Positions 10,020 through 22,584 of a stretch of DNA of 54,533 nt are shown here, one piece after another; position 1 is the first letter of the stretch, and every line of letters begins with the position of its first letter. The notes beneath the pieces are model-generated. The model saw nothing but the letters and a program-made list of their open reading frames with translations. It searched no databases and was not told the origin of the DNA. The stretch is from Azolla caroliniana (lineage: Eukaryota > Plantae > Polypodiophyta): the NCBI GenBank assembly GCA_043228905.1, contig JBHGNT010000198.1:1-54533 (forward strand), in the 5' to 3' direction. A program made the position numbers and the translations under genes.

Positions 10020-13000
10020 GTCCAACCAAAATAGGAGCCGTTTGGTTGGACAGCCCTAGATCTGTACAACCCATTAGTGGTTCCATTCCCTCAAAGCAAG
10101 TTAGCAATGTGTTCTTAGCCCAAGTCAGGGTTAGTACTAAAAGTACTCCTCCAATACACATCCTAGCACTTTTAGATTCCGGAGCCCATTCTTGTTTCAT
10201 GGATCGAAATTTTGCCCAAGCTTCTCAGATATCCTTAAGAAAACTTCCTTGCCCCGCATCTGTAGTAGTCATTGATGGTCGTCCCATTGCTTCCAGGAAT
10301 ATTGTAGAAGAGTCCGAACCCATTTAGGTTGTCCTAGGTAGTTTTGTGTGTGTGGTATCATTTAATATAATTAGTAGTCTAGAGCATCCCATTGTCCTGG
10401 GATTACCTTGGTTTGAATTACATAATCCAGACATAGATTGGAGAACAAGAGAAGTCTGGTCTCGACAACCCCTTGAAGAATCTACTCCATCAACTACGCG
10501 AAGAAGGACACAAGGAGGCAATGTTTCTATTTGCAATATCAGTACATCCTTCCAACAATATTAAGAAGGAATCCTTAGTGCAACTTCCGGCAAAATATCA
10601 TCCTTATGCCGATGTATTTGACAAGGTAAAAGCCGGTACTCTTCCTCATCATCATCCCTACGATTGTCCCATTGATTTACAACCAGGAACAGAGCCACCA
10701 TGGGGACCAATTTACAACTTGTCACCAACCGAGTTAGAAGTCCTTCAAGCCTACATAGAGGAGAACTTGGCAAGCGAGTTTATTCGTCATTCGAAATCTC
10801 CAACTGGTGCACCTATCTTCTTTGTCAAGAAGAAAGATGGATCACTTCGTCTCGTCCTTGATTACCGCAACTTGAATAAGGTCACCATCAGGAATAGGTA
10901 TGCACTTCCTCTTATATCAAGTCTTTTAGAGCGAGTAAATGGTGCCAAGTTTTTTACAAAAATCGATCTATGAGGAGCGTATAACCTCGTGCGGATCCGA
11001 CCGGGAGACGAATGGAAGACCTCCTTTCACACGCAGTATGGGAATTTCGAGTATACCGTTATGTTGTTCGGTCTAACCAATGTGCCCGCAGTCTTCCAGC
11101 ACATGGCAAATGATATATTCAGAGACCTCTTGGATATCTGTTTGATCATCTATCTGGATGATCTATTGATTTATTCGAAGACCCAGGAAGAGCATGATTC
11201 TCATGTACTATTAGTACTAAAACGACTCCGAGAGAATGATCTTTATGCCAAACTAGAAAAATGTAGCTTTGACTGCAAGCAAGTGGAATTTTTAGGCTAC
11301 GTCATCTCCTCAAAGGGCATCTCCATGGATCCAGCTAAAGTCAAAATTGTGCTAGAGTGGCAAACTCCACGTTCGTTACGAGATGTACAATGTTTCCTAG
11401 GTTTTGCTAACTTCTACCGCAAGTTTATACAAGATTACTTGAAGATTATTTTACCTCTCACATAGCTTACGAAGAAAGGACAAGCATTTCTTTGGTCCAA
11501 TGAAGCGGAGATGGCTTTTAGGCATCTTAAGAAAGCCTTTACATTAGCTCCTATTCTAGCTCATGTGGATACAAACAAACCATTCATCATGGAGGCCGAC
11601 ACATCAGATTTCACCCTCAGTAGCATCCTTTCTATACAAGGAGATAAAGAAGAGTTACATCATGTGGCTTTCCATTCACGCAAATTTGATGCCGCGGAAA
11701 TAAACTACGGGATACATGACAAGGAGTTATTAGTCATCGTGGATTCATTTGTGCAATGGCGGCACTTCTTAGAGGGCTCTCCACATCAGGTCATCATCTT
11801 CAGTGATCACAAAAACCTTGCTTATTTCCAGAACGCTCGTGTACTAAATCGAAGGCAAGCTCGGTGGGCCCAATTCCTCACATGTTTTAACTTCAAAATC
11901 ACATATCGACCGGGGAAGCAGCAAGGAAAAGCAAATGCACTATCGCGGCGTTCATATCTTGCACCTCATCCTGGTGATCCAGTGTTTGATAATCAAAAGC
12001 ATGTAATCTTGGGACCAACACGTTTGCACACAACGCGGATTTTTCACACTCCACTAGATTCCCGGATTATCGATGCCATACGTGCTAACCTAAAGACAGA
12101 CAGTTTTGCTCAAACCATTCTAGTGCACATTGATAGCTCTCGAGCATCCTGTTCCCAATGTCAACAACCAGGTATGGACTACCGACAATTCGAATATCAT
12201 GATGGTTTATTGTTCTTTAAAAAGCTCGTATATGTTCCCGATTGCTCCTATCACCTTCAAATCGTCCAAAATTGTCACGACACCCATACAGCGAGACATT
12301 TCGATAGTACAAAGACGTTGGATCTAGTTCAATGATCCTTTTGGTGGCCCCATATGTGACGTTTTGTCGACGACTACGTTCAGACCTATGATGCTTGCTG
12401 CCGAGCAAAGATGCCACGACATCATCCATATGGCTTGTTGGAACCCTTACCGATTCCAAGTAAGACGTGACAGTCTATTTGTCTTGATTTTATCACAGAT
12501 CTGTTGGTCTCGAAGGTTTTCGATGCTATCTTAACCGTCGTTGATCGATATACTAAGATGACATAGTGAGGAAACCGCCGTCCTTGTCATGCGTGAGGTA
12601 TTTCGGCACCATGGCCTCCTAGACAGTATCATCAGTGATCGAGGACCTCAATTCGTCTCCAAATTTTGGAAGCATCTTTTCAACATGCTCAAGCTCTCTT
12701 GTAACCTCTCTTCCAGTTACCATCCCTAGACCGATGGGCAAGCGGAACAAACAAATCAAATGCTGGAACAATACCTCTGGTGTTTTCTGAGTTATCAGCG
12801 GGACGATTGGGCTGATATTCTCCACTTTGCAGAGTTTTCTTATAATAGCGTTATTCACTCCTCGACTCGGGTATCCCCATTTTACGCTTATACTGGTTCT
12901 CATCCTCGCCGGTCTGTGATCGACACCCCGGAGCTACCTACCAATCCTCGTGTCGAGGATCATTTGGAGAGGCTACGCAAGATCCAAATGGATCTCTCTA

Positions 13001-13547
13001 CTCATCTTCGTCATGCTCAACACACACAGAAGACTTATGTGGATCATCATCGGCTTCCCTCCTCTTTTGTCATCGGAGATCGAGTATGGCTCTTACGTCG
13101 TTACATCAAGACTACTCGACCGTGCGACAAGTTGGATTATCAATGACTTGGTCCTTTCCGTATTACCGGTAAGGTTAATGATGTCACATTTCGTCTTGAT
13201 CTTCCTCCGCATCTTCAGATACATCCGGTCTTCCATAGTTCTCTTCTTGAACCTTATAAATCAAACACTATTCCCGATCGTGTTACACCGCCGCCACCCC
13301 CGCTTGAGTTAGACGCCGGCCTGGAGTATGAAGTTGTTGCCATCCTCGACTCCAAATTTGTTTACAACAAACTTTATTATTTGGTCGATTGGCTTGGCTA
13401 TAGTCCGAGTGAACGTACTTGGGAACTCGTCGAGTATGTCGCCAATGCTCAGGATCTTCTTGCTAATTTCCACCGACAGTATCCGGACAAACCCGGTCCT
13501 CAATCAACGCCGACTCGTTACACTCGTCGTCTTAAAGGGGGGGATAG
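10014..13547 (+). pseudogene. pol: chromovirus pol (PR, RT, RNase H, integrase, chromodomain) with many stops and frameshifts
   Basis: LLDSGA; IYLDDLLIYS; DHKNL; HP*TDGQAE; GPFRI; chromodomain EYEVVAILDS...YLVDWLGYSPSERTWE (~13323-13500). Confidence 0.9.
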
Positions 13548-13974
13548 TGTCATGATATGGCAAGACTCGAACCCATGACCTTATGTTATATGGGTCGAAC
13601 TCTTGACCATTATACCATCTATTGTAATACGTAGGGTATTATTTTCATTTAAATTTTATTATAGGAAATTAATGTATATTCCAGATATCTCTTTAACATT
13701 CTAGAAGCTTCAGGACTCCTCCTGAGAACACTATAAAAGGAGGCACAAGGTATTATGTTGAACCAAATTGGTTCAACACTAGTCTTAAGCCTCATAGCCA
13801 TCTTGTACTTACTCTTGATATAATATATCATCTATTATCATCATCTCTCTCTCTCTCTCGTCCTCGCTATCTCTCTCTCTCTCGAGAGTCTTACGCAGTC
13901 CCATCCTCTTAGTACTAATAGTACTTCCCTTCTCTAGTACTAATTCTCTCTTTGTTTTAGCACTATTCCTGACA
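13548..13974 (+). repeat. 3' LTR of chromovirus
   Basis: TGTCATG...CTGACA after the PPT; matches 8374-8813. Confidence 0.92.
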
Positions 13975-15211
13975 GGTGCAAGGCTCAATCAAGTGGGGAA
14001 ATATATGTTTGGCTATCATGGCAGACCCCAGTTGACAGATACGAGCATCAGGAGGAGGGGATGGCTTTGGTGATAAAAGCACAAGAGGTTTTTTTCTCCA
14101 CCATCGGCAATGTCCACTCAACTCCTCTTAATGATAAATCTCAAGTTGTGTTGGAATTGGTCAGCCCAATAACTCTTTGGATTCTATGGAAACAACGGTG
14201 TAGACGGGTCTTCTCCAACCAAACCGCGCATCCAACAATGTTACCGCAAGAGATATGGAGTGAAATTGTAGCCACTCTAAACATCCAATATGATGGCCTC
14301 AAGGGCAATTCCGATGAAGTTGAAAGACAACGAATAACCTTCATCCAACAATGGTCGTCCTCTCCCTTTCTTGAGTCAGTGGGCATCCACATAAGATGGA
14401 ATTATCGCGTCCCTACAGGGATTTGTACATAATCATCTCATTTGTAAAATTTTATAACTAATGGAAGGAATTTTTTTGGGGAAAAAAAAAATGTTGATTG
14501 TTTTGAAATCTTTCACTTATGATATCGTTAAGATCTAAAATACTACTAGTTGTAATTTCTCCTTAAAAATACACAAAGTCACTTTTTGTATTTGGCCAAA
14601 ATTTGGCATTTTTCAATTTTACCGAATGGTGAAAATTTTAGCTTTTTCATCAAGTTTTCGAGAACATGTGATACTGGTATCAAGGTGTTTTGTGGAATGG
14701 CAAAAAAAGCCCCAAAATCAGACGGAATATTCCTTATCCTTCCATTTGTGCGTAATTCTTCCACTTGTGAACGCAAACGTGTTTTGGGGGAACCTGAAGG
14801 TCTTTGGCGCCAGCACCATAACCCAAAGTTGCAGCTCCGCCAAGAGTTCAACAATGTTTGACAAGGAAGAATGTCGGTCATTCACTATACCACGAAGATC
14901 AAGGAGATCTGTGACTCACTCGGCTCCATCAACGTGAATTTGGTGGACGAAGACGAGATGGTATAATTTTGTCTTAGTGGTCTAGCCCAGAAATATGGGT
15001 CGATTCGGACGGCAATCTGCACCAGAGAGAAGCCTCCATCATTTTCTGACTTGTAGTTGATGCTCCTTGTAGAGGAGAACCACACGGGTGCGTCAACGAG
15101 CATGCACATCGACAACAAGATGTTGTATACTGAGGCAGATAGGCCCCGTGATCGTGGTGGACGTGGCGGATTGAGACGCAATGGAGGTAGCCAACAAGAG
15201 CAAAACCAAAG

Positions 15212-15608
15212 TGTTGAGCGGCAAGCTCAACCGGAGCCGGATCGGCTGAATAAGCCGAAGCCGGTAAGCGAGACGGATCGGGCGAAACGGATCGATATGA
15301 CGGTGAGCAACCGAACCGGCAAGCAGTGGAGGCCGGGTGCAATCCGTAACCGGCAGTCCAATCGTAAGCCTAGAATAGGATAGACTACTAGGTATCTATA
15401 GTCTCGTAGTAAGTGTCAGATGCTCGTGTGAGCATTGAAGTACATGGTACTTCTGTCAGTCCCAAGAGGACTTGTATAAATAGTGCTACTTAGCACAGTG
15501 TGTAAGTGCAGAGTCTTTATATAATTTTGGAAATTATGTTCTCTCTCTCTCTCTCTCTCTCTGTGTGTTGTTCTCTGTTTTACGCTTCCGCAAACACTTA
15601 CGTTTACA
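15212..15608 (+). repeat. 5' LTR
   Basis: TGTTGAG...TTTACA directly before the PBS. Confidence 0.93.
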
Positions 15609-15714
15609 TGGTATCAAAGCGCGAGGGTTGAGAACCTCTTATGTAGACATTTACTCTTGAGAAGAAAACCCTAACAGGTCGAAAACAGACACAGTAGAAG
15701 ACATGGATAGAGGC

Positions 15715-18700
15715 ATGGCTACGTCGCTCCCGGTGGAGAAGCTCGACAGGAGCAACTACGCATCCTGGTCTTACAAGATGCACCAGTACCTGCTTGGACA
15801 CGAGTACTGGAGTTATGTCGAAGGAGCGAATGATGCGGCGCCAGACTCGGCACACAAGGACTTCCCGGTATGGGAACAGGTGGCAAGCAGGGTGATGTAC
15901 TGCTTCGCATCCAGTGTCGGCGATCAGCTGCTCAGCCACATCCGTGACGCCAAGACACCGAAGGATGCTTGGGGGAACCTGAAAAAGGCTTTCGCCGCAA
16001 GCACCACTGCCCGGAAGCTGCAACTCAGACAGGAGTTGAGCAATGTTCGACAGAAGAACATGTCCGTGGCAGACTACACGGGCCGGATAAACGAGATTTG
16101 CGACTCACTCGCCTCTATCAATGTTACCATAGAGGAAGACGAGATGGTGCAGGTATGTCTCGGAGGCCTGACGTCCAAGTTCGGAGCGTTCCGGACTGCG
16201 GTGTGTACAAGGGAGAATACCCCTCATTCTTCGACTTACAATCGATGCTCCTTGTAGAGGAGAACCACGCCGGTGCATCTACCAGTGCATCCCCGGACAG
16301 TCGAATGCTGTACACGGGAACGGATCGGCATTGTGGGCGTGGTGGAAGAGGTGGGTCGGCACGCAATGGAGGCGGCCGGCAAGAGTAGGAACGGAGGCAC
16401 TATGAGTGTGCCGACAGCAGTTCCGGGACTTCCACAAGTAGGGGGAGTCAAGGCGGTGCCGGAGGACGGCAAGACAAATCCGCTACGGAATGCTGGTACT
16501 GTGGCAAAAAAGGTCACAGGGAAAGCGAGTGCTGGAGAAAGCGTGCCGATTCGGACAAATCCGGATCCGGCAAGACCGGTAAGGATGGCCGGCAAAACTC
16601 GCACTACGTAAACGGATCAAGAGGATCCGGAACCGGAAAGGCCGGTAAGGGGCCAGCCTTGGTGATGAATCACAAGGCAAACTCAATGAAGAAGACCACT
16701 TTCAAAACGGAGGAAGTGTGGTATGTTGATTCCGGCGCGTCGAACCACATGACGAGCCACAAAGAGTGGTTCTCCTTTCTGGAGAAACCGGATCAACCAG
16801 GAGTAGTCGAAACCGGAGATGACACTCCACACCCAATCGTGCACGTCAGAGAAGTCCCTCTAAGCCACGTCGGACAGAAAGGGAAGCTAATGAACGTATT
16901 ACACGTTCCGACGATCACGAAGAACCTGGTGTCCGTTGGTCAGATTGTCGACCAGGGGATGCAGGTGTGGTTTACGCACCTCGGGTGCTTCATTGAGGAT
17001 GAGGGCGAAGTCATTGCGCAAGGGCGCAGAGACGGGAGGATGTTTATCCTCAACACCAATGACATTGGCACTGCTCTGTTCGCGAAACGACAGAAGGTCG
17101 AGTCGGACATCGACCTATGGCACAAGTGGATAGGCCATGTCAACTACCAGAGGCTTCAAGACCTGCAAACGAAACAAGTCGTTTTCGGTTTGCCAAAGTT
17201 TAGCGGCCGGAGAGCCGAAATTTGTGAAGCCTGCCAACTTGGGAAGCAACACCGGCTTCCATTCCCCACCGAACGGAACCGGAGTCGTAACAAGCTCGAT
17301 CTCATCCATTCGGATGTGTGGGGACCGGCACAAAGTGTAAGCCTTGGCGGGAGCCGGTACTTCATCTCCTTCATTGACGACTATACTCGACATACTTGGA
17401 TCTACCTCATTGAGCGGAAGAGCGAAGTCTTCGACTGTTTCCGGAGCCTCCAGAAGATGGTCAAATGCCTTCGGTCGGATGGCAGAAAGGAATATTTTTC
17501 CGACCAATTCACTAGTTATCTGCAGCAGAAGGGAATTCAGCGAGAGTTCAGCTGCAGATACACACCAGAGCAAAACGGTGTGGCCGAAAGGAAGAACCGG
17601 ACACTCGTCGAAGCGGCAAGGACAATGCTGGAGGAGAAGAGCATGCCCCGGTTCTACTGAGCGGAGGCGGTCCAGACGGCCGTCTACATACAAAACCGCA
17701 TTGGTGACAAGGTGTCAGCTCATGAGCTGTATTTCAGGCGCAAGCCGAACTTGAGACACCTTCGGATATTCGGCAGCATAGCGTATGTGCATGTGCCGGA
17801 TCAGAAGCGGAGAAAGCTGGATGCAAAATCGGAAAAATGCATCCTAGTCGGCTATGCTGAAGAGCAAAAGGGGTATAAGTGCTATAACCCCCGGACGAAG
17901 GAAGTCCGAGTTAGCCGGGATTTCGAGTTCGACGAATCGGCATCCTGGTACTCCGTACCGACTCCGACTTCCGATCCCGACCCAATGCCGGAAGATCAAG
18001 CCAGTGAGCCTGAATCAGCCCTAGCAGAGGATGATGAAGCCGGGACTCAATATGAGAGTCCGGAATCATTACGGTTGAGTGGACCGAACGAGCGACTGAG
18101 TCGGTTGGACCAGTCGGATGAAGAGACGGCAAGTGGTGGAGACTCTGCCGTGCTCTCCCCGCACAAGGAACCGAGGAAACGGTTCACGCGCAAAGAGAAG
18201 GGGAAGAGGAAGATGCCGGAATTCGAAACCGGCAATGATGAGTCGGATCGGTGCGTATCCGACTCCGGAAAAGAAAAAGGCGGATCTTCGGCAACGAAGA
18301 CCGAACTGGCCAAGAAGGGACTCAAATCGGGTGACGGTGCGTTGCGCCGATCAACCCACCAGAAGGATCCCGTCATGCGGTACGGGTACAATGAATACAT
18401 GGCACATCATTATGCATACATGACTAAGGTGACAGAAGTGCGCGAGCCGGAGAGCTACGCAGAAGTGGCAAAGGACGCAAATTGGCGTGCCGCTATGGCC
18501 GAAGAAATGCGGGCACTCGATGCCAACGAAACTTGGGACCTAGTTGATCCTCCCCGTCACTGTAAACCGATCGGATGCAAGTGGGTGTACAAGGTCAAGT
18601 ACAACGCCGACGGTTCTGTTAACTGGTACAAAGCCCGGTTAGTGGCGAAGGGATACGCGCAGACCCACAGAATCGACTACGATGAGACCTTCGCTCCTGT

Positions 18701-20556
18701 GGCGAAGATGACGACAGTTCGTGTGGTACTGGCGGTTGCTGCGGCAAGGGGGTGGCATCTTCACCAGATGGATGTGAAGAACGCCTTTCTTCAAGGAGAG
18801 CTTGAAGAAGAAGTCTTTATGACTCAGCCCCCCGGATTTCACTCGGAGATGGACAAGTCGGCGGTATGCCGACTGAAGAAGTCGCTTTACGGCTTGAAGC
18901 AAGCCCCCCGAGCGTGGAACGCGAAGATCACGCACTGGTTGCGTAAGCTGGGGTTTGCTGTCTCTAAGTCGGACTCTTCGTTGTTCATCCGACAAGGCTC
19001 TGACGGTCCGGTATGTATACTCTTGTATGTGGATGATTTAGTTATCACCGGACCGGGTCTTCCCGAAATCAACAACGTCAAGTCCCAGTTGTCGGACGCA
19101 TTCGAAATGAAGGACCTGGGGGACCTCCATTATTTTCTTGGGATCGAAGTGATCCGGACCCCCGACGGCATATTGCTCTCACAACGACATTACGTGTTGA
19201 ATATGCTGTATAAATTCGGCATGTCGGATTGCCGACCTGTCTCCACACCCCTGGATCGGAACCAGAAAGGTCCGTCCCAACTCCGGACCGGCCTACAATG
19301 AGAAACTGTTACGACAGGTTGTCGGAAGCCTGATCTACTTAACCATCACCCGACCCGACATCAGCTATCCGGTCGGCATGGTAAGTCAGTTCATGCAGAA
19401 GCTGACCGTGGAGCACCTTCAATGCGCACAAAGAATATTACGGTATGTCAGCGGCACTAAGGACCGGGGACTGCTATACCGGCGAGGTATACCCGAAGAG
19501 CTTGTCGGTTACATCGATGTTGACTGGGCCGGCGATGCGTCTGATCGCCGCTCCACTTCCGGATACATGTTCTCCATAGGTAGCGCGGCTGTTGCGTGGA
19601 GCAGCAAGAAGCAGCCCATAGTGGCTTTGTCAAGCACTGAGGTTGAGTACCGGGCCGCTACCGTTGCCACTTGTGAAGCCATCTGGCTTCGGCGACTGCT
19701 GCGAGACTTGCGCATCGAGGTGCCGACCCCGATCCCGATTTACTGCGATAACATGAGCAGCCTGCAGCTCGCCAGGAACCCTGTGTTCCATGCTCGCACA
19801 AAGCACATCAAGGTGCACTACCACTTCGTGCGTGAGCGGGTCCTGAGCGGTGAAGTTGACCTACGGTATGTTCATACGGATCGGCAAGTTGCCGACATCT
19901 TCACCAAGCCGCTCGGATCGGACAAGTTGCAGCACTTTACCGACATGCTTGGTATTCAGCATCTCGACGTGCCGCACTTGAGGGGGAGAAGCAAGGGCAA
20001 AGTCTCTACCGAAACTGGCAAAGGCAAAAAAACTGTTGAACCCGTCGGTAAGAGGAGAGCCGGAAGAAGAGGAGACAAGAAGATGAAGGAAGCCGAGTCG
20101 ACGAAGGAAGTCGAAACATCCGAACAGGTCGGAGCAAGCAGCTGTGAAGAAGAGTTGTGCACTCAGGAAGAGAAGTGCATGTTGTGCGGAGGTCATCACG
20201 ACGGTACTGACCATGATGCGGAGTCGAATGAAGAATTCGATTTCGGTTCACCGGCTGAAGAAGCCGAGGGAAGCATGGAGAAGGCCAAGACACGGAAGTG
20301 GTCCGATGTGGTGAGAGGCCTGAAGCCGGAAGTCGAATCGGAGTGTACCGATTTGGACAAGAGCTGGAACGAGTCGGAGACAGCTGACTCGGATCAACAG
20401 ATGGATCCGGATGAGTCGGATCGACTGAAGGCCAAGGGGACACGGACACAGCGGAAGTCGATGCCATTGTGGGAGAATCGACGGATCGGTAAGCGCCAGA
20501 GTCACAACAACGTGAGTGCTGAGATGGGCCTATTGAGCAGACATGCCGACCGATAG
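15715..20556 (+). pseudogene. gag-pol: copia gag-pol with frameshifts (~16220, ~19265), stops (16386, 17658) and a ~190-aa charged C-terminal extension
   Basis: KLDRSNYASWSYKM, CWYCGKKGH, WYVDSGASNHM, IHSDVWG, NGVAERKNR, LLYVDDLVITG, ADIFTK. Confidence 0.9.
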
Positions 20557-20715
20557 GGTCGAGGCGCGCAGAACCAAAGGGGTCGCGGCAAACGGGACCG
20601 GACCGGACGAGGAGCGCGAGCAAGGCGGAGTGATGCCAGGAGAAGTCGGCTGAAAGAACCGACCGCCACAGAGGTCGACACTACGACCCCACCTTAGGTT
20701 GAGCTTGAGGGGGAG

Positions 20716-21040
20716 TGTTGAGCGACAAGCTCAACCGGAGCCGGATCGGCTGAATAAGCCGAAGCCGGTAAGCGAGACGGATCGGGCGAAACGGATCGAT
20801 ATGACGGTGAGCAACCGAACCGGCAAGCAGTGGAGGCCGGGTGCAATCCGTAACCGGCAGTCCAATCGGAAGCCTAGAATAGGATAGACTACTAGGTATC
20901 TATAGTCTCGTAGTAAGTGTCAGATGCTCGTGTGAGCATTGAAGTACATGGTACTTCTGTCAGTCCCAAGAGGACTTGTATAAATAGTGCTACTTAGCAC
21001 AGTGTGTAAGTGCAGAGTCTTTATATAATTTTGGAAATTA

Positions 21041-21110
<70 letters not shown>

Positions 21111-21150
21111 TGTTCTCTGTTTTACGCTTCCGCAAACACTTACGTTTACA
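20716..21150 (+). repeat. 3' LTR
   Basis: Differs from the 5' LTR by 3 substitutions (by eye) plus (CT)n/(GT)n length. Confidence 0.93.
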
Positions 21151-21544
21151 CAAAGGCATAGAGGAAGTGTCGACAAGAGTGAACCCTCCACAAGCAAGGG
21201 GAGTTAGAATGGTGTTGGGAATTGACACAGAAAAACCAATACGGACTGCTGATATTGTGGCCGAAAGGGCCACAAAGAGAGTGAGTGTTGGAAGAAGAAA
21301 TCGGATTTGGACAAAGTTGAATCAAGTCATGCCGATGGAGAAAGGCGGCAACAATCGCATTATGCTAAAGGCTCAGGGTGAGCCGGAACAGGCCTTGCCT
21401 TTGTCATGAAGTACAAAGCCAACTCGATGGCGGTGAGCACCTCGAAACCAAAGGAGGTGTGGTATGTGGATTCCGGCGCATCGAACCACATGACAAACCA
21501 TGAAGAATGGTTCTCTTATCTTGAGAAGCTGGAACATCCGGGGG

Positions 21545-22006
21545 TGTCATGATATGGCATGGCATGGCTCCAAAAGGATTTGGACCTATGTCCTTATGTT
21601 ACATGGGTTAAACCCTTACCATTAAACTATGCATTGTAATACGAAAAATACTATTTTCATTTATTATTTCACTATAGCAAATTCATGTATATTCCAGATT
21701 ACTCTAGAACATTCTAGAAACTTCAGGAATACTACTAACAATACTATAAATAGAGGCACATGGCATTATTCAGAACCAATTCGGTTCAACGCCAGTCTTA
21801 AGCCTCCTAGCTGTTCTTGTATCCTTCTTCATATAATATACTTCTTGTTGTCATCATTCACTCTCTCTACTCTCTCTCCCCCTCCCTCGCTCCTTCTCTC
21901 CCCCTCTCGTGACTCTCACACACTTTTTCCCTTCTTAGTACTAATCCTCATTCTTCCCCTCTATCTTTAGTACTAATTCTCCCTGCCTCTAGTACTATCC
22001 CTGACA
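21545..22006 (+). mobile_element. solo LTR of a related Tcn1-like chromovirus subfamily
   Basis: TGTCATGATATGG...CCTGACA; TSD GGGGG (21540-21544 / 22007-22011); diverged homolog of 8374-8813. Confidence 0.88.
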
Positions 22007-22219
22007 GGGGGTCGTCGAAACTAGTGACGACACTCCTCACCCCATCGAACACATTGGAGACGTCCCTTTGAGACATGTCCCTTATTACATGGCATTCTCT
22101 GTCCCAACTTGACTCCTATTCGGCGCCATAAAGGCACCCCATTATCTTACACAGTTATACATGGGTGAGTGCTCACGCCACAACCCGCCGATATAGGCCC
22201 GGTTTTCTCACTATGGCTA

Positions 22220-22584
22220 TGAATCTTCACGACAACGGTTCGGTTCGGTTTCAACAGTAAAAAACCGCGGTTTAAACGGTTTAACGGTTTTTTTATTTTT
22301 ATTTTTATTTTAAATTGTAAAAAAAAATTTAAATTGTTTTTAAATAATATTTTCATTTTTAGACCTTATTCTCACATTTTAGGAACATCTTAAAAAAATT
22401 TAAAAATGAAATATTATAAATTTTAAAAAATTAAAATTTTGACCTATGTTGAAAACCAAAACCGAACCACAAAACTGCGGTTTTTACGGTTTAATGGTTT
22501 GGTTTGGTTTAGGTTTCAAAAAAATTTAACGGTTCGGTTTGGACCCTCTCAAACCGAGCCATACCGAACCGTTGTTGATTGTAA
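22220..22584. mobile_element. degenerate hAT-like MITE
   Basis: Inverted ends ACAACGGTTCGGT / ACCGAACCGTTGT, many AAACCG/CGGTT subterminal motifs, AT-rich core; resembles 28738-29027; no TSD found. Confidence 0.55.

Larger units (their letters stand above)
8374..13974 (+). mobile_element. Ty3/gypsy chromovirus, Tcn1-like, full length but decayed
   Basis: LTRs 8374-8813 and 13548-13974 (about 20 substitutions by eye); TSD GGTGT/GGTGC; PPT AAAGGGGGGGATAG 13534-13547; gag-PR-RT-RH-IN-chromodomain order; no tRNA PBS. Confidence 0.93.
7615..14486 (+). mobile_element. 5'-truncated L1-clade LINE (ORF2 C-terminal zf-RVT part), split by the chromovirus at 8374-13974
   Basis: 16-bp TSD AAAAATGTTGATTGTT (7599-7614 / 14487-14502); poly(A) tail; zf-RVT motif FQWLLIHKSLP..C..C...ESIRHALWDC; W.LWKQRC..VF in 14061-14432. 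Confidence 0.88.
15212..21150 (+). mobile_element. Ty1/copia LTR retrotransposon (Ale/Lyco-like, lineage uncertain), full length, young
   Basis: TSD CAAAG (15207-15211 / 21151-21155); LTRs 15212-15608 and 20716-21150; PBS TGGTATCAAAGC 15609-15620; PPT GAGGGGGAG 20707-20715. Confidence 0.95.
14780..22079 (+). pseudogene. old copia gag-protease relic (pieces 14780-15211, 21156-21544, 22012-22079) hosting two later insertions
   Basis: Collinear with gag-PR of the 15212 element (WGNLK..., MLLVEENH, decayed CCHC, VWYVDSGASNHMT, GVVET.DDTPHPI) and rejoins across both TSDs. Confidence 0.8.
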
